From positions 1,728,001 to 1,792,000 of the forward strand of contig CBDDFZ010000001.1 in assembly GCA_965227515.1 (NCBI GenBank): 64,000 nt of DNA, given 5' to 3'. Source of the stretch: Alphaproteobacteria bacterium (GTDB lineage: Bacteria > Pseudomonadota > Alphaproteobacteria > CALKHQ01). Numbering within the stretch: position 1 is the first letter of the stretch; each line of letters starts with the position of its first letter. The translations under genes and the position numbers were made by a program. A model generated the notes under the pieces. The model made no database searches. It was not told where the DNA came from and saw only the letters and a program-made list of their open reading frames with translations. Shown here piece by piece: positions 40,712-49,875 of the stretch.

Positions 40712-42049
40712 ATGTCGGACGACACCCTGAACCTGATCGCCGACCTGGTGGCGATGGCGCAAAAGGGCGGGGCGGATGCCGCCGATGCCGTGGCATTGGA
40801 CGACGTTTCGCTGGCGCACGTCTGGCGGCTGGGGGCCACCGAGCAATTGGAGCGGTCGGAGGCGGCGGACATAGGCTTGCGCGTCTTCGTTGGTCAGCGT
40901 CAGGCCATCGCGTCCAGCACCGACCGCCGGCCGCCCGCACTGAAGGAACTGGCCGAGCGCGCCATCGCCATGGCCCGTGCGGTGCCGGAAGACCCGTTTG
41001 GCGGCCTGGCCGATGCCGATGCGGTGTGCAGCGTGCCGCCGACACTCGACATGAACGACCCGGCCGAACCGGCGCCGGAAGACCTGATCGCGCGGGCCCG
41101 TGCGACCGAGGAGGCCGCGCTCGCTGTCGACGGTATCACCAATTCGGAGGGCGCGGAGGCGGCGTGGTCGCGCACCGATGTGGCAATCGCCGCCAGCAAT
41201 GGGTTTGCCGGCGCCTACCGCCGCACCTCGCACATGGTGTCGGTGTCGGTGCTGGCCGGCGAGGGCACCGGCATGGAGCGCGACTACGACTACGGCGTTT
41301 CCGTGTTCGGCGCCGATTTGCGCGATCCGGCGGAGATCGGCAGGTCCGCCGCCGAGCGCACGCTCGCCCGCATGAAGCCGCGCAAGGTCAAGAGCTGCCA
41401 GGCGCCGGTCATCTATGACCCGCGCGTCGGCAACAGCTTGCTTGGCCATCTCGCCGGCGCCATCACCGGTGCCGCCATCGCCCGTGGCACCAGCTTCCTG
41501 AAGGATGCCATGGACACCCAGGTATTCGCCGATGGCGTCAGCGTCATCGACGATCCGCACCGGCCGCGCGGGCTGTCGTCCCGCCCGTTCGATGCCGAGG
41601 GCCTGCCCAATGGCAAGACCACAATCATCGATGGCGGCCGGCTGACCACGTGGCTGCTGGACCTGCGCTCGGCCCGGCAACTGGGCCTGGCGCCGACCGG
41701 ACACGCGCGGCGCGGCGCCTCCAGCCCGCCATCGGCCGGGCCGTCCAATCTATGGATGGCGGCCGGCGACGTCAGCCGGGAGGACCTGATCGGCGGCGTC
41801 GACAACGGTCTCTACGTCACCGAGATGATCGGCATGGGGGTCAACGGCGTCACCGGCGACTACAGCCGCGGCGCGTCCGGCTTCTGGATCGAGAACGGCG
41901 AACTCGCCTATCCGGTCAGCGAGATCACCATCGCCGGCAATCTGAAGGACATGTACCGCGCCATCACGCCGGCCAACGACCTGGAATTCCGCTACGGCAC
42001 CAACGCGCCCACCCTGCGCGTCGACGGCATGACCATCGCGGGGAGTTAG
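40712..42049 (+). CDS. pmbA: TldE/PmbA family protein
   Basis: MERDYDY, FDAEG, TGDYSRGASGFWIENG, EITIAGNL; GGAGG RBS. Confidence 0.92.
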   Translation: MSDDTLNLIADLVAMAQKGGADAADAVALDDVSLAHVWRLGATEQLERSEAADIGLRVFVGQRQAIASSTDRRPPALKELAERAIAMARAVPEDPFGGLADADAVCSVPPTLDMNDPAEPAPEDLIARARATEEAALAVDGITNSEGAEAAWSRTDVAIAASNGFAGAYRRTSHMVSVSVLAGEGTGMERDYDYGVSVFGADLRDPAEIGRSAAERTLARMKPRKVKSCQAPVIYDPRVGNSLLGHLAGAITGAAIARGTSFLKDAMDTQVFADGVSVIDDPHRPRGLSSRPFDAEGLPNGKTTIIDGGRLTTWLLDLRSARQLGLAPTGHARRGASSPPSAGPSNLWMAAGDVSREDLIGGVDNGLYVTEMIGMGVNGVTGDYSRGASGFWIENGELAYPVSEITIAGNLKDMYRAITPANDLEFRYGTNAPTLRVDGMTIAGS

Positions 42050-42230
42050 AGAAATTGCTGCAATGTGCGCCACCGCACGGGGAGCACTCCTATGTTGGCA
42101 GAATTCTTTGCATCTGATACTATCAAGATCCACCAGCGATGAATAATCGCGGTGCCAGTTGGCGATGGTAAGGCATTGCTGTCGCGAAGTATATTTTCAG
42201 ATCAAGAATTGTTTATATGGGGCAAAAAAG

Positions 42231-42890
42231 ATGTCTATCTATGGTGAGCCGCATTTACAGACCAGCCAATCAGTTACGCCAGATAATTTAAAATGGGCGT
42301 ATCGTATCAATGATGGCAATAGGGTTTTGAGAGATACAAGTACTGAAGAAACAAAAATTGAATCCATTCATAATATAATCGATTATCTTGATGTTGATTA
42401 TAGTGAGAGATACGAAAAAAGACAAGGGAACACGTACTGCAATATCTATGCTTACGATTTTGCCGACCTCGGGCGTACGTATATTCCCCGAGTCTGGTGG
42501 GATAATAATGCACTCGAGGCATTGCAACAAGGTCAGGAAGTGCAAGTGATATACGGGCAAACTGTCTATGAGCTAAATGCAAATGCACTTCACGATTGGT
42601 TCGAAGGGTTTGGTGAGAGCTACGGCTGGCTGAGGGCCGATAATGTCATGGATTTGCAGGCCTGCGCCAACAGCGGTGGTGTTGGGTTTATTGTTGCCAA
42701 AAGGCTAGATACCTCGAAGAGTGGGCATATTTCGGCAGTAGTCCCCGAAATCAGTGGCTTTCAGGCAACGCAGACAAATCCCGTGGAAAGCCAAGCTGGA
42801 AGCAATAACTATGCCTATGTTGTGAAAGGCCATCAATGGTGGGCTAATACCGGGCGGTATAGCGCTTTCGGTCTGTGGATGCATGAATGA
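42231..42890 (+). CDS. AT-rich orphan, putative papain-fold Cys/His amidase
   Basis: TYCNIYAYD...YIPRVWW...ELNANAL.DW...GHIS.V. Confidence 0.55.
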   Translation: MSIYGEPHLQTSQSVTPDNLKWAYRINDGNRVLRDTSTEETKIESIHNIIDYLDVDYSERYEKRQGNTYCNIYAYDFADLGRTYIPRVWWDNNALEALQQGQEVQVIYGQTVYELNANALHDWFEGFGESYGWLRADNVMDLQACANSGGVGFIVAKRLDTSKSGHISAVVPEISGFQATQTNPVESQAGSNNYAYVVKGHQWWANTGRYSAFGLWMHE

Positions 42891-42966
42891 GACTGAAACA
42901 TCTTGACAGGGCTTGACCCTCTTAATCTGTATGGACCGAAGACGCGTGGGAGGGAGGGAAAAGTCA

Positions 42967-43644
42967 ATGAAGCTTTATATGCACCCGGTTTCGATGACCA
43001 GCCGTCCGGTGCGGCTGTTCGCGGCGGAGGCCGGCATTCAGCTGGACGAGGAAGAGGTCGACCTGTTCAGCGGCGCCCACTACGAGGAGCCATACACCTC
43101 GTTCAATCCGAACAACATGGTGCCGGTGCTGGTCGACGGCGACCTGAAGTTGACCGAAAGTTCGGCGATCCTGAAGTACCTGGCCGACAAGGTCGGCTCG
43201 CCGGCCTATCCCAAGGACCTGCAGGCCCGCGCCAAGGTCAACGAGGTGATGGACTGGTTCAACTCGAACTTCTATCGCGAGTTCGCCTATGGCTGCCTGT
43301 ATCCGCAGATGTTCCCGCACCACAAGCGCCAGTCCGACGAGAGCCACGCCAACACCATCGAATGGGGCAAGCAGAACGCCGAGCGCTGGCTGAAGGTGCT
43401 GAACGACCATTGGCTCGGCCCGGACAAGCCCTATCTGTGCGGCGACCAGATCACCATTGCCGACTATTTCGGCGCCGCGCTGATCACCCTGGGCGAGGTG
43501 GCGCGGATGGATTTCGCGGCCTACCCGAACATCCAGCGCTGGCTGGGCAACATGCGCAAGCTCAAGAGCTGGGACGAGGTCAACGCCGCGCTCTATGGGC
43601 TGAAGGAGATGGTGAAGGAACAGCCGTTCGTGACGCCTGCTTGA
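42967..43644 (+). CDS. Glutathione S-transferase
   Basis: NPN..VPVL.DGD..LTESSAILKYLA, ITIADY. Confidence 0.92.
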   Translation: MKLYMHPVSMTSRPVRLFAAEAGIQLDEEEVDLFSGAHYEEPYTSFNPNNMVPVLVDGDLKLTESSAILKYLADKVGSPAYPKDLQARAKVNEVMDWFNSNFYREFAYGCLYPQMFPHHKRQSDESHANTIEWGKQNAERWLKVLNDHWLGPDKPYLCGDQITIADYFGAALITLGEVARMDFAAYPNIQRWLGNMRKLKSWDEVNAALYGLKEMVKEQPFVTPA

Positions 43645-43662
43645 TGTTCTTGCACCCAACCA

Positions 43663-43748
43663 CGTCATGCGCGGACTTGATCCGCGCATCCACGTCTTTG
43701 GGCGGTCAATGCAAGTCGTGGATGCCCGCATTAAGTGCGGGCATGACG
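43663..43748. repeat. Palindromic intergenic (REP/MITE-like) element
   Basis: CGTCATGC...CATCCACG...CGTGGATG...GCATGACG; related copy at 60705-60803. Confidence 0.75.
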
Positions 43749-43777
43749 GCTATCTTGTTAGGCAGCCATCCGCCGTC

Positions 43778-44278
43778 TTACGGAATCAGCACCGCGTCGA
43801 TGATGTGGATGGTGCCGTTCGATGCGCCGATGTCGGCGCTGATCACCGTGCCCCGGTCCACCTTCACGGCGGCCCCGGTGCCGTCGATATCGAGCGTGCC
43901 GCCCTCGACCGAGGTCGCTTCGGTGGTCTGACCGGTGAGGGTTCTTGCCGGCAGCGCCTGGGCGACGATGTGGAACTCGACGATCTGGCGCAGCCGGCTC
44001 AGGTTCTGGGGCTCCATGAGCTGGTCCATGGTGCCGGCGGGCAGGCCGTCGAACGCCGCATTGTTGGGCGCGAACACCGTGATCGGGCCAAGCCCCTCCA
44101 GCGTGCCGGTGAGGCCGGCGGCGTCGACCGCGGCCACGAACGTCGCCAATGACGGGTCAGCCCGCGCCGTCTCCATCAGGTCGGGTTGGAACGGGTCGTC
44201 CAGCCCCTCTATGCCCAGATAGCTGCACCCGCTCAACGCGATTGCGGCCGAGATCGTGACGATGGCTTGCCTGATCAT
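43778..44278 (-). CDS. Fasciclin-domain lipoprotein
   Basis: Lipobox LSGC, TVFAP.N.AF, NG.IHIID.VL. Confidence 0.9.
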   Translation of the reverse strand: MIRQAIVTISAAIALSGCSYLGIEGLDDPFQPDLMETARADPSLATFVAAVDAAGLTGTLEGLGPITVFAPNNAAFDGLPAGTMDQLMEPQNLSRLRQIVEFHIVAQALPARTLTGQTTEATSVEGGTLDIDGTGAAVKVDRGTVISADIGASNGTIHIIDAVLIP

Positions 44279-44630
44279 GATTCCCCCCATGCCAGCGCTG
44301 TCGAAAAGCACCTGATCGGCACGACAGGGCGCATATCAGTCGCCACACCACGTCAGCCGGCCGAGTCGCATGAAACACTAAACACCATTGCGTCCGAATG
44401 GTGCCGGGAAAGCATGAAATATTGCTCAGACGGCGGCGCAAGGCCGGCAGCGCTGAGCTCAAGACAATGTAGTGACAAGAGGCGCCATGGCGGCCGGAAC
44501 CGGCACATTCGGGGGGCGAAGGTCGTCGGCCCGACGCCGCCATGGCCAGCACAGCGATGACGTTGGGGGCGTCAGCGCATGTGCTGTCAGGTTTGACGCG
44601 CACCCGGCGGGTGGCCGGGTGCGTCGGCGG

Positions 44631-45149
44631 CTACGGCAGGATGACTTGGTCGATGACGTGGATCACGCCATTGGAGGTCTCGATATCGGCCTGCACCACG
44701 GTGGCGGTGTCGATCATCACGCCGTTGGTGGCATCGATGTCGACGGTCGACCCTTCCACAGTCGCGACCGACAGCGCCTGACCGGCGATGTCGCCCGACA
44801 TCACTTCGCCGGGAATGACGTGGTAGGTCAGGATCTGCACCAAACGCGCCTTGTTCTCCGGCAGCAGCAAGCTTTCGACCGTGCCGGCCGGCAGCGCCGC
44901 AAAGGCCTCGTCGGTGGGCGCGAAGACCGTGAACGGCCCAGGCGACTTCAGCGTGTCGACCAGATCGGCGGCCTGTACCGCGGCGACCAGGGTATCGAAT
45001 GACCCCGCCGCGACGGCGGTGTCCACGATGTCCATTGCCGGCGCATCGACGGATGCGTCGACCTCGGCCTCCGCCGTCGTCGTACCGGACGATTGACACG
45101 CGGCAAGAGCCAGAAGGCCGCCGGCAGCAATGATTTGTTTGAAAAACAT
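44631..45149 (-). CDS. Fasciclin-domain lipoprotein
   Basis: Lipobox [22 protein letters not shown]. Confidence 0.92.
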   Translation of the reverse strand: MFFKQIIAAGGLLALAACQSSGTTTAEAEVDASVDAPAMDIVDTAVAAGSFDTLVAAVQAADLVDTLKSPGPFTVFAPTDEAFAALPAGTVESLLLPENKARLVQILTYHVIPGEVMSGDIAGQALSVATVEGSTVDIDATNGVMIDTATVVQADIETSNGVIHVIDQVILP

Positions 45150-45308
45150 TCCCTTCTCCCTCGTTGATGCCGCGCGCGGATGGCCCGGCAATCACCCATC
45201 TCGCCCGACCGGCGAGTTCACAGGGGTTCTACGCAGGGAGCACGCCGGTGGATCACCGCTATGGCAATATTCGAACCTGGGAAGGTGGCGACGAGGCGCG
45301 CCTGGCCG

Positions 45309-46061
45309 TCAGCCGGTGTCGCCGCGGGCACGCCGGGTCAGCACGACCATGGCCGCGCGCAACTGGTCGGCATTGGCGACCGGACGGTCGAAGGTGAGGC
45401 GTGAGCGCAGGTCGCCCGCGACCATGTCGAAGCCGTCGGGGTCGCAGCCGATCATCCGCCAGTCGCCGTCGGGGCAGCCGCCCAGCCGGGTGGCCATCAG
45501 CCGCATCTCGCCGGCGTGGTCGGTGTTCATGTGGGCGACGGCGCCGGGCTCGACCTCGGCGATGGCGGCGGCCGCCTCGGCCGGCGACACCAAGTCGGGG
45601 CCGGACACATCGTCGATCGCGCCGAAGTCGGCAACCAGATGCCCGCGCGCGGGGTGCACGCGCCAGAACGCGAAATCGCCGAAGCCGGCATAGCGGGCGG
45701 CGCCGGGATGGCGGGCCAGGAAGCGTGCCCGTCCGGCCGCCGCGGCGTCGTCGCTGACCGCGCGGCCCGTTACCGTCAGCCGCGGGCCGGTCAGCGGGTC
45801 GGCGTAACCGGCGGTGGCGTCGATCATCAGGCTGCAGCGCGGGTCGCTCGCCAGATTGCGGGTGTGGACGGCCAGGTTGGAGATCAGTAGCAGCGGGCAC
45901 CCGTCGGCGAGCGTGGCCACCAGCACCAGCGAGCCGTAAGGCGATCCGTCGCTGTCAAGCGTCGACAGGGTGGCCTGGCGCGCGGTGCGCAGGTGGAAGC
46001 GCGCCTGGGCGCCCGGTTCGCCGCCGCGCTCGCTCATCAGGTCGGGGGCCTGGGGGGACAT
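45309..46061 (-). CDS. HugZ-like pyridoxamine 5'-phosphate oxidase family protein with DUF2470-type domain
   Basis: PYGSLV, S.LA.HTRNL..DPR, HMN.DH. Confidence 0.85.
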   Translation of the reverse strand: MSPQAPDLMSERGGEPGAQARFHLRTARQATLSTLDSDGSPYGSLVLVATLADGCPLLLISNLAVHTRNLASDPRCSLMIDATAGYADPLTGPRLTVTGRAVSDDAAAAGRARFLARHPGAARYAGFGDFAFWRVHPARGHLVADFGAIDDVSGPDLVSPAEAAAAIAEVEPGAVAHMNTDHAGEMRLMATRLGGCPDGDWRMIGCDPDGFDMVAGDLRSRLTFDRPVANADQLRAAMVVLTRRARGDTG

Positions 46062-46065
46062 GCGC

Positions 46066-46692
46066 CTATCCCGCCTCCCGGTCCAGCACCTGGGTCATGG
46101 TCTCGACGATGGTGTCGACCGGTGTGTTGCGGCGGAACATGGTGACGTAATTGCCGTCCCGGTCCATCAGGTAGATGAAGCTGGAATGGTCCATCAGATA
46201 GTCGCTCATCGACTCGTCCTCGTACCGGCTGCGGTAGACCTGATATGCCGCCGCCATGTCGGCGATCTGTTGCTCGCTGCCGGTGAGCCCGATCAGGTCC
46301 TCATGGAACAGGCCGACGTAGCTGGCCAGCACCTCCGGCGTGTCGCGCTCCGGGTCGATGGTCACGAACAGCGGCACGATCTCGGCACCGGCATCGCCGA
46401 GCTGGCTATAGGCTGCCATCATGGTGCCGGTCTCCACCGGGCAGACGTCTGGGCAGAAAGTATAACCGAAATAGATCAGCCGGTAGCGCCCGTCGTAGCT
46501 GTGCTCGGTGACCGTGGCGCCGGTATGGTCGACCAGGGTGAACGGCCCGCCGATATCGGCCCCAGCGGTGACGCCCAATGGGTCGGCCACCCCGGTCTGC
46601 CCGGCATAGCGGTCCAGGATCAGCCACATGGCCACCGCCGCGACGACCGCGACGGCAAGTGCCAATGCTGTCATGACCACAGGCTTGTTCAT
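46066..46692 (-). CDS. SCO1/SenC copper chaperone
   Basis: FGYTFCPDVCP, DPERD, DHS. Confidence 0.93.
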   Translation of the reverse strand: MNKPVVMTALALAVAVVAAVAMWLILDRYAGQTGVADPLGVTAGADIGGPFTLVDHTGATVTEHSYDGRYRLIYFGYTFCPDVCPVETGTMMAAYSQLGDAGAEIVPLFVTIDPERDTPEVLASYVGLFHEDLIGLTGSEQQIADMAAAYQVYRSRYEDESMSDYLMDHSSFIYLMDRDGNYVTMFRRNTPVDTIVETMTQVLDREAG

Positions 46693-46770
46693 CGCACGTC
46701 CTTCGGCGGGTGACGGACCGAGCATGCCCGAATTAGCCCTCGCTTAAGCGGGTTGGGGCACATTCGGTCA

Positions 46771-48087
46771 ATGCGCAACTTGGTGAATATGGCCGCCACG
46801 GGCAATGCGACCAATGCGGCGGCGGCATCCGGCGCTGCGTCGGCCGGCATGGCGCAGCGCGCGGCGATCGTCTGCCTGGCGATCTCGGTCGTCTACTGTG
46901 TCGCCTACTATGGCTACTATTTCCTGGTCAGCGTCGGCTACCAGCTCGACAGCCAGCCGCGTGTCGGCGGCGACTTCTTCGTGTTCTATGCCGCGGCATT
47001 GCTGGTCGGCGACGGCGGCCTGGCCAGCCTCTACGACATGCTGGCGTTCAGCGCGTTTCAGGACACCCTGCGCGGCGGCTCCGGCGTGGTCCATCCGTTT
47101 CCCTATCCGCCGCACTTCCTGGCCGCGGTCGAGTGGCTGCGGTTCCTGCCGTTCCTGGCCGCCTATGCGGTGTGGGAGGGGCTGGGTCTCGCGCTCTATC
47201 TGATCGCGCTGCGCCAGCTCCGGGTGACCGGCCTGATGCTGGCGGCAGCCCTGGTGGCGCCGGCGGTGCTGACCAACCTGCTGGCCGGACAACTCGGTTT
47301 CGTTTCCGCCGGCCTGCTGCTCGCTGGGTTCGCGCTGCTCGACCGGCGGCCCGTTCTGGCCGGCATCGTGTTCGGGCTACTGACCGTGAAACCGCATCTG
47401 GGTGTGCTGGTGCCATTGGTACTGCTGGTCCAGGGGCGCTGGCCGACCGTCGCCGCCGCGGTGGCGACGACAGTGGCCCTGGCGGGCGCCAGCATGGCGT
47501 TCTACGGCGTCGACCTGTGGGCCGACTACATCGGTTTCCTGGGCGCCTATCCGCAGGTGTCGGAGATCAACTGGGACAGCCCGTTCGGCTCCGTCGTCGC
47601 CTCGCCCTTCCTGTCGGCGATGCGGGGCGGGGCGGGCCTGACCGGCGCCTATGCGGCCCAGGCCGTGGCGGCGTGCGGTGCCATTGCCGCCGTGGTCTGG
47701 ATCGCGCGGCGCCGTCCGCCCGTCGACCTGCTTGCGGCGGGGGTGGCGGCGGCCACGCTGCTGGTCAGCCCTGTGGGCTATCTCTACGACTTCACGCTGT
47801 TGACCGGTGCTGTGCTGGTGGTGCTGCGCTGCCACCTGTTCGACGGCCCCCGTCCGATGGAAGTGGCGATCCTGCTGGCCGGCTGGTGGTGGCCCGTGGT
47901 TGCGCGCTTTCTCAACGAGGGCGGCCTGCCGCTGGCCTGGCTGGGGCCTGTGCTCGTACTGGCCGCCGTGATGGCACGGGTTGCCGCCGCAGAGAGCGTC
48001 GTTCGCAGCGCCCACGGCAACTCCCACGGCAACGCCCATCGCAACTCCCACGGCAACTCATTGAATCGAGAACAAAAACTCGCATAA
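46771..48087 (+). CDS. GT87 (DUF2029-type) membrane glycosyltransferase
   Basis: GDF..FY.A, YPP, GQ, KPHLG, YD in a multi-TM protein. Confidence 0.8.
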   Translation: MRNLVNMAATGNATNAAAASGAASAGMAQRAAIVCLAISVVYCVAYYGYYFLVSVGYQLDSQPRVGGDFFVFYAAALLVGDGGLASLYDMLAFSAFQDTLRGGSGVVHPFPYPPHFLAAVEWLRFLPFLAAYAVWEGLGLALYLIALRQLRVTGLMLAAALVAPAVLTNLLAGQLGFVSAGLLLAGFALLDRRPVLAGIVFGLLTVKPHLGVLVPLVLLVQGRWPTVAAAVATTVALAGASMAFYGVDLWADYIGFLGAYPQVSEINWDSPFGSVVASPFLSAMRGGAGLTGAYAAQAVAACGAIAAVVWIARRRPPVDLLAAGVAAATLLVSPVGYLYDFTLLTGAVLVVLRCHLFDGPRPMEVAILLAGWWWPVVARFLNEGGLPLAWLGPVLVLAAVMARVAAAESVVRSAHGNSHGNAHRNSHGNSLNREQKLA

Positions 48088-48123
48088 TCCAGGCCACCGA
48101 GTCGACTATGGCGAGGATCGCCC

Positions 48124-49842
48124 GTGCGCACTTCATGGCCACTGTTGTTTGCCGCCGCCGGCATGCTGGCGGCCACGAGCGCCATTGCGGAGGATCCGCC
48201 GGCAGCCTTTCTGGAGCCGTTCCCCGATGTCGTCTCTGCCGCCGAAGGCGTGGAGGCAGAACCCGATCGGCCGGCCGACCAGCCCGTCGAGGAGGCGTCT
48301 GACCGGGACGAACCGGAGGTGGCCGCGGCCACGGTCGCCCTTCCGGCCATGGCGCCGGACCGAACTATCGACATGCATGTCGACACCGCCGCGGTGGAAC
48401 AGGGCTCTACCGACGCCCCCTTGCCCGACGCTGACACCGATACGGTTGCTGTCGCCGCCAATGACGAGGCAGCAGAGGACGCAGAGGATGACGTCCAATT
48501 TGCCGAGGCCGTTGCGACGCCCATGTTGGCGCCGGAGCGCGCGCCGCCGCCGCAGGTCGAGATTCCGGGCTTCGGCGACGCGTTCGGCGGTGCGGTCATG
48601 GACGGTTATGACGGACCCGGCGCAGGCGCCATCATGGCCGAGGCGTTCGGCCCCGCCGTCGCACGCCACATCGCGTTCGGCGCCGACCCGGCTGCCGCGC
48701 TGGCGCCGGTCAGCGCCAGCCTGACGGTGGAATCGGGCGACACGCTGACAGGGCTCTTCACCGAGATCGGCGTCGGCTATTCGGAAGCCTATGCCGCCAT
48801 CGCCGCGCTGGAGACGGTGTGGGACCCGCGCAATCTGCGCGCGGGCCAGGAAATCGCGGTTGCCTATATGCCGGCGCCCGATCCCGAGGGGCTTGCCACA
48901 CTGATCCGCTTCGGCCTGCAGCTCGCCTATGACCGTTCTGTCGTGGTCGGCCGCACCAGCGAGGGCACCTACCGCGCCGAGGTGGCCATCGAGCGCTTCA
49001 CCACGGTGCAGCGGCGCAGCGCCGGCACCATCTCCATCAGCCTGTTCGCCGACGGCAACGCGGCCGGCATTCCCATCGGCGTGCTGGCGCAGATGACCCG
49101 CGCGTTCAGTTATGACGTCGATTTCCAGCGCAGCGTGCAGCCCGACGATGGCTTCGAGGCGATGTTCACCGAGGATCTGGACGACGACGGCAACGTGGTC
49201 GCCACCGGGCAGTTGATCTATGCCTCGATGACCCTGAGCGGGGACCTTATTGAGGTCTTCCGCTTCGTGCGCGACGACGGCGAGGCGGACTATTTCGCGC
49301 GCGATGGCGCCAGCGTGCGCAAGGCGATCATGCGCACACCCATCGACGCGGCCCGCATCTCGTCGGGCTTCGGCATGCGCAACCACCCGATCCTGGGCTA
49401 CTCGCGCATGCACGCCGGGGTGGACTTCGCAGCACCGACCGGCACGCCCATATACGCGGCCGGCAACGGCACCGTCGCGTCGGCCGGCTGGCACCGCGGC
49501 TATGGCAACTACATCCGCATCCGCCACAACGGCACCCTACAGACCGCCTATGGCCACCTCAGCCGCTTCGCCAGCGGCATCTCGACTGGCACGAGGGTCA
49601 GCCAGGGCCAGGTGATCGGCTATGTCGGGTCGACCGGGCTCTCGACCGGCCCCCACCTCCACTACGAGGTGATCGAGAACGGCGTGAAGGTGAACCCGAT
49701 GCAGGTCCACATCCCGCCGGGCGAGCCGCTGACCGGGGCCGACCTCGAACGCTTCCGAGACTATGTCGCCTACCTGGACAGCGTGCGCGCGTCGATGCCG
49801 GTGGCGGGCGATGCCGAAATCACCACCGTCAGCACGGATTGA
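48124..49842 (+). CDS. M23 peptidoglycan DD-metalloendopeptidase
   Basis: H.GVDFAAP.GTP, YGH, TGPHLHYE. Confidence 0.9.
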   Translation: MRTSWPLLFAAAGMLAATSAIAEDPPAAFLEPFPDVVSAAEGVEAEPDRPADQPVEEASDRDEPEVAAATVALPAMAPDRTIDMHVDTAAVEQGSTDAPLPDADTDTVAVAANDEAAEDAEDDVQFAEAVATPMLAPERAPPPQVEIPGFGDAFGGAVMDGYDGPGAGAIMAEAFGPAVARHIAFGADPAAALAPVSASLTVESGDTLTGLFTEIGVGYSEAYAAIAALETVWDPRNLRAGQEIAVAYMPAPDPEGLATLIRFGLQLAYDRSVVVGRTSEGTYRAEVAIERFTTVQRRSAGTISISLFADGNAAGIPIGVLAQMTRAFSYDVDFQRSVQPDDGFEAMFTEDLDDDGNVVATGQLIYASMTLSGDLIEVFRFVRDDGEADYFARDGASVRKAIMRTPIDAARISSGFGMRNHPILGYSRMHAGVDFAAPTGTPIYAAGNGTVASAGWHRGYGNYIRIRHNGTLQTAYGHLSRFASGISTGTRVSQGQVIGYVGSTGLSTGPHLHYEVIENGVKVNPMQVHIPPGEPLTGADLERFRDYVAYLDSVRASMPVAGDAEITTVSTD

Positions 49843-49875
49843 GCGGCGGCCAATTCCAAATCGACCGGCCTGCTG

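Noticed and set aside
48012-48060. HGNS repeat tail of GT87 as a metal-binding motif
   Set aside because: A short 12-bp microrepeat near the stop codon; no evidence of function
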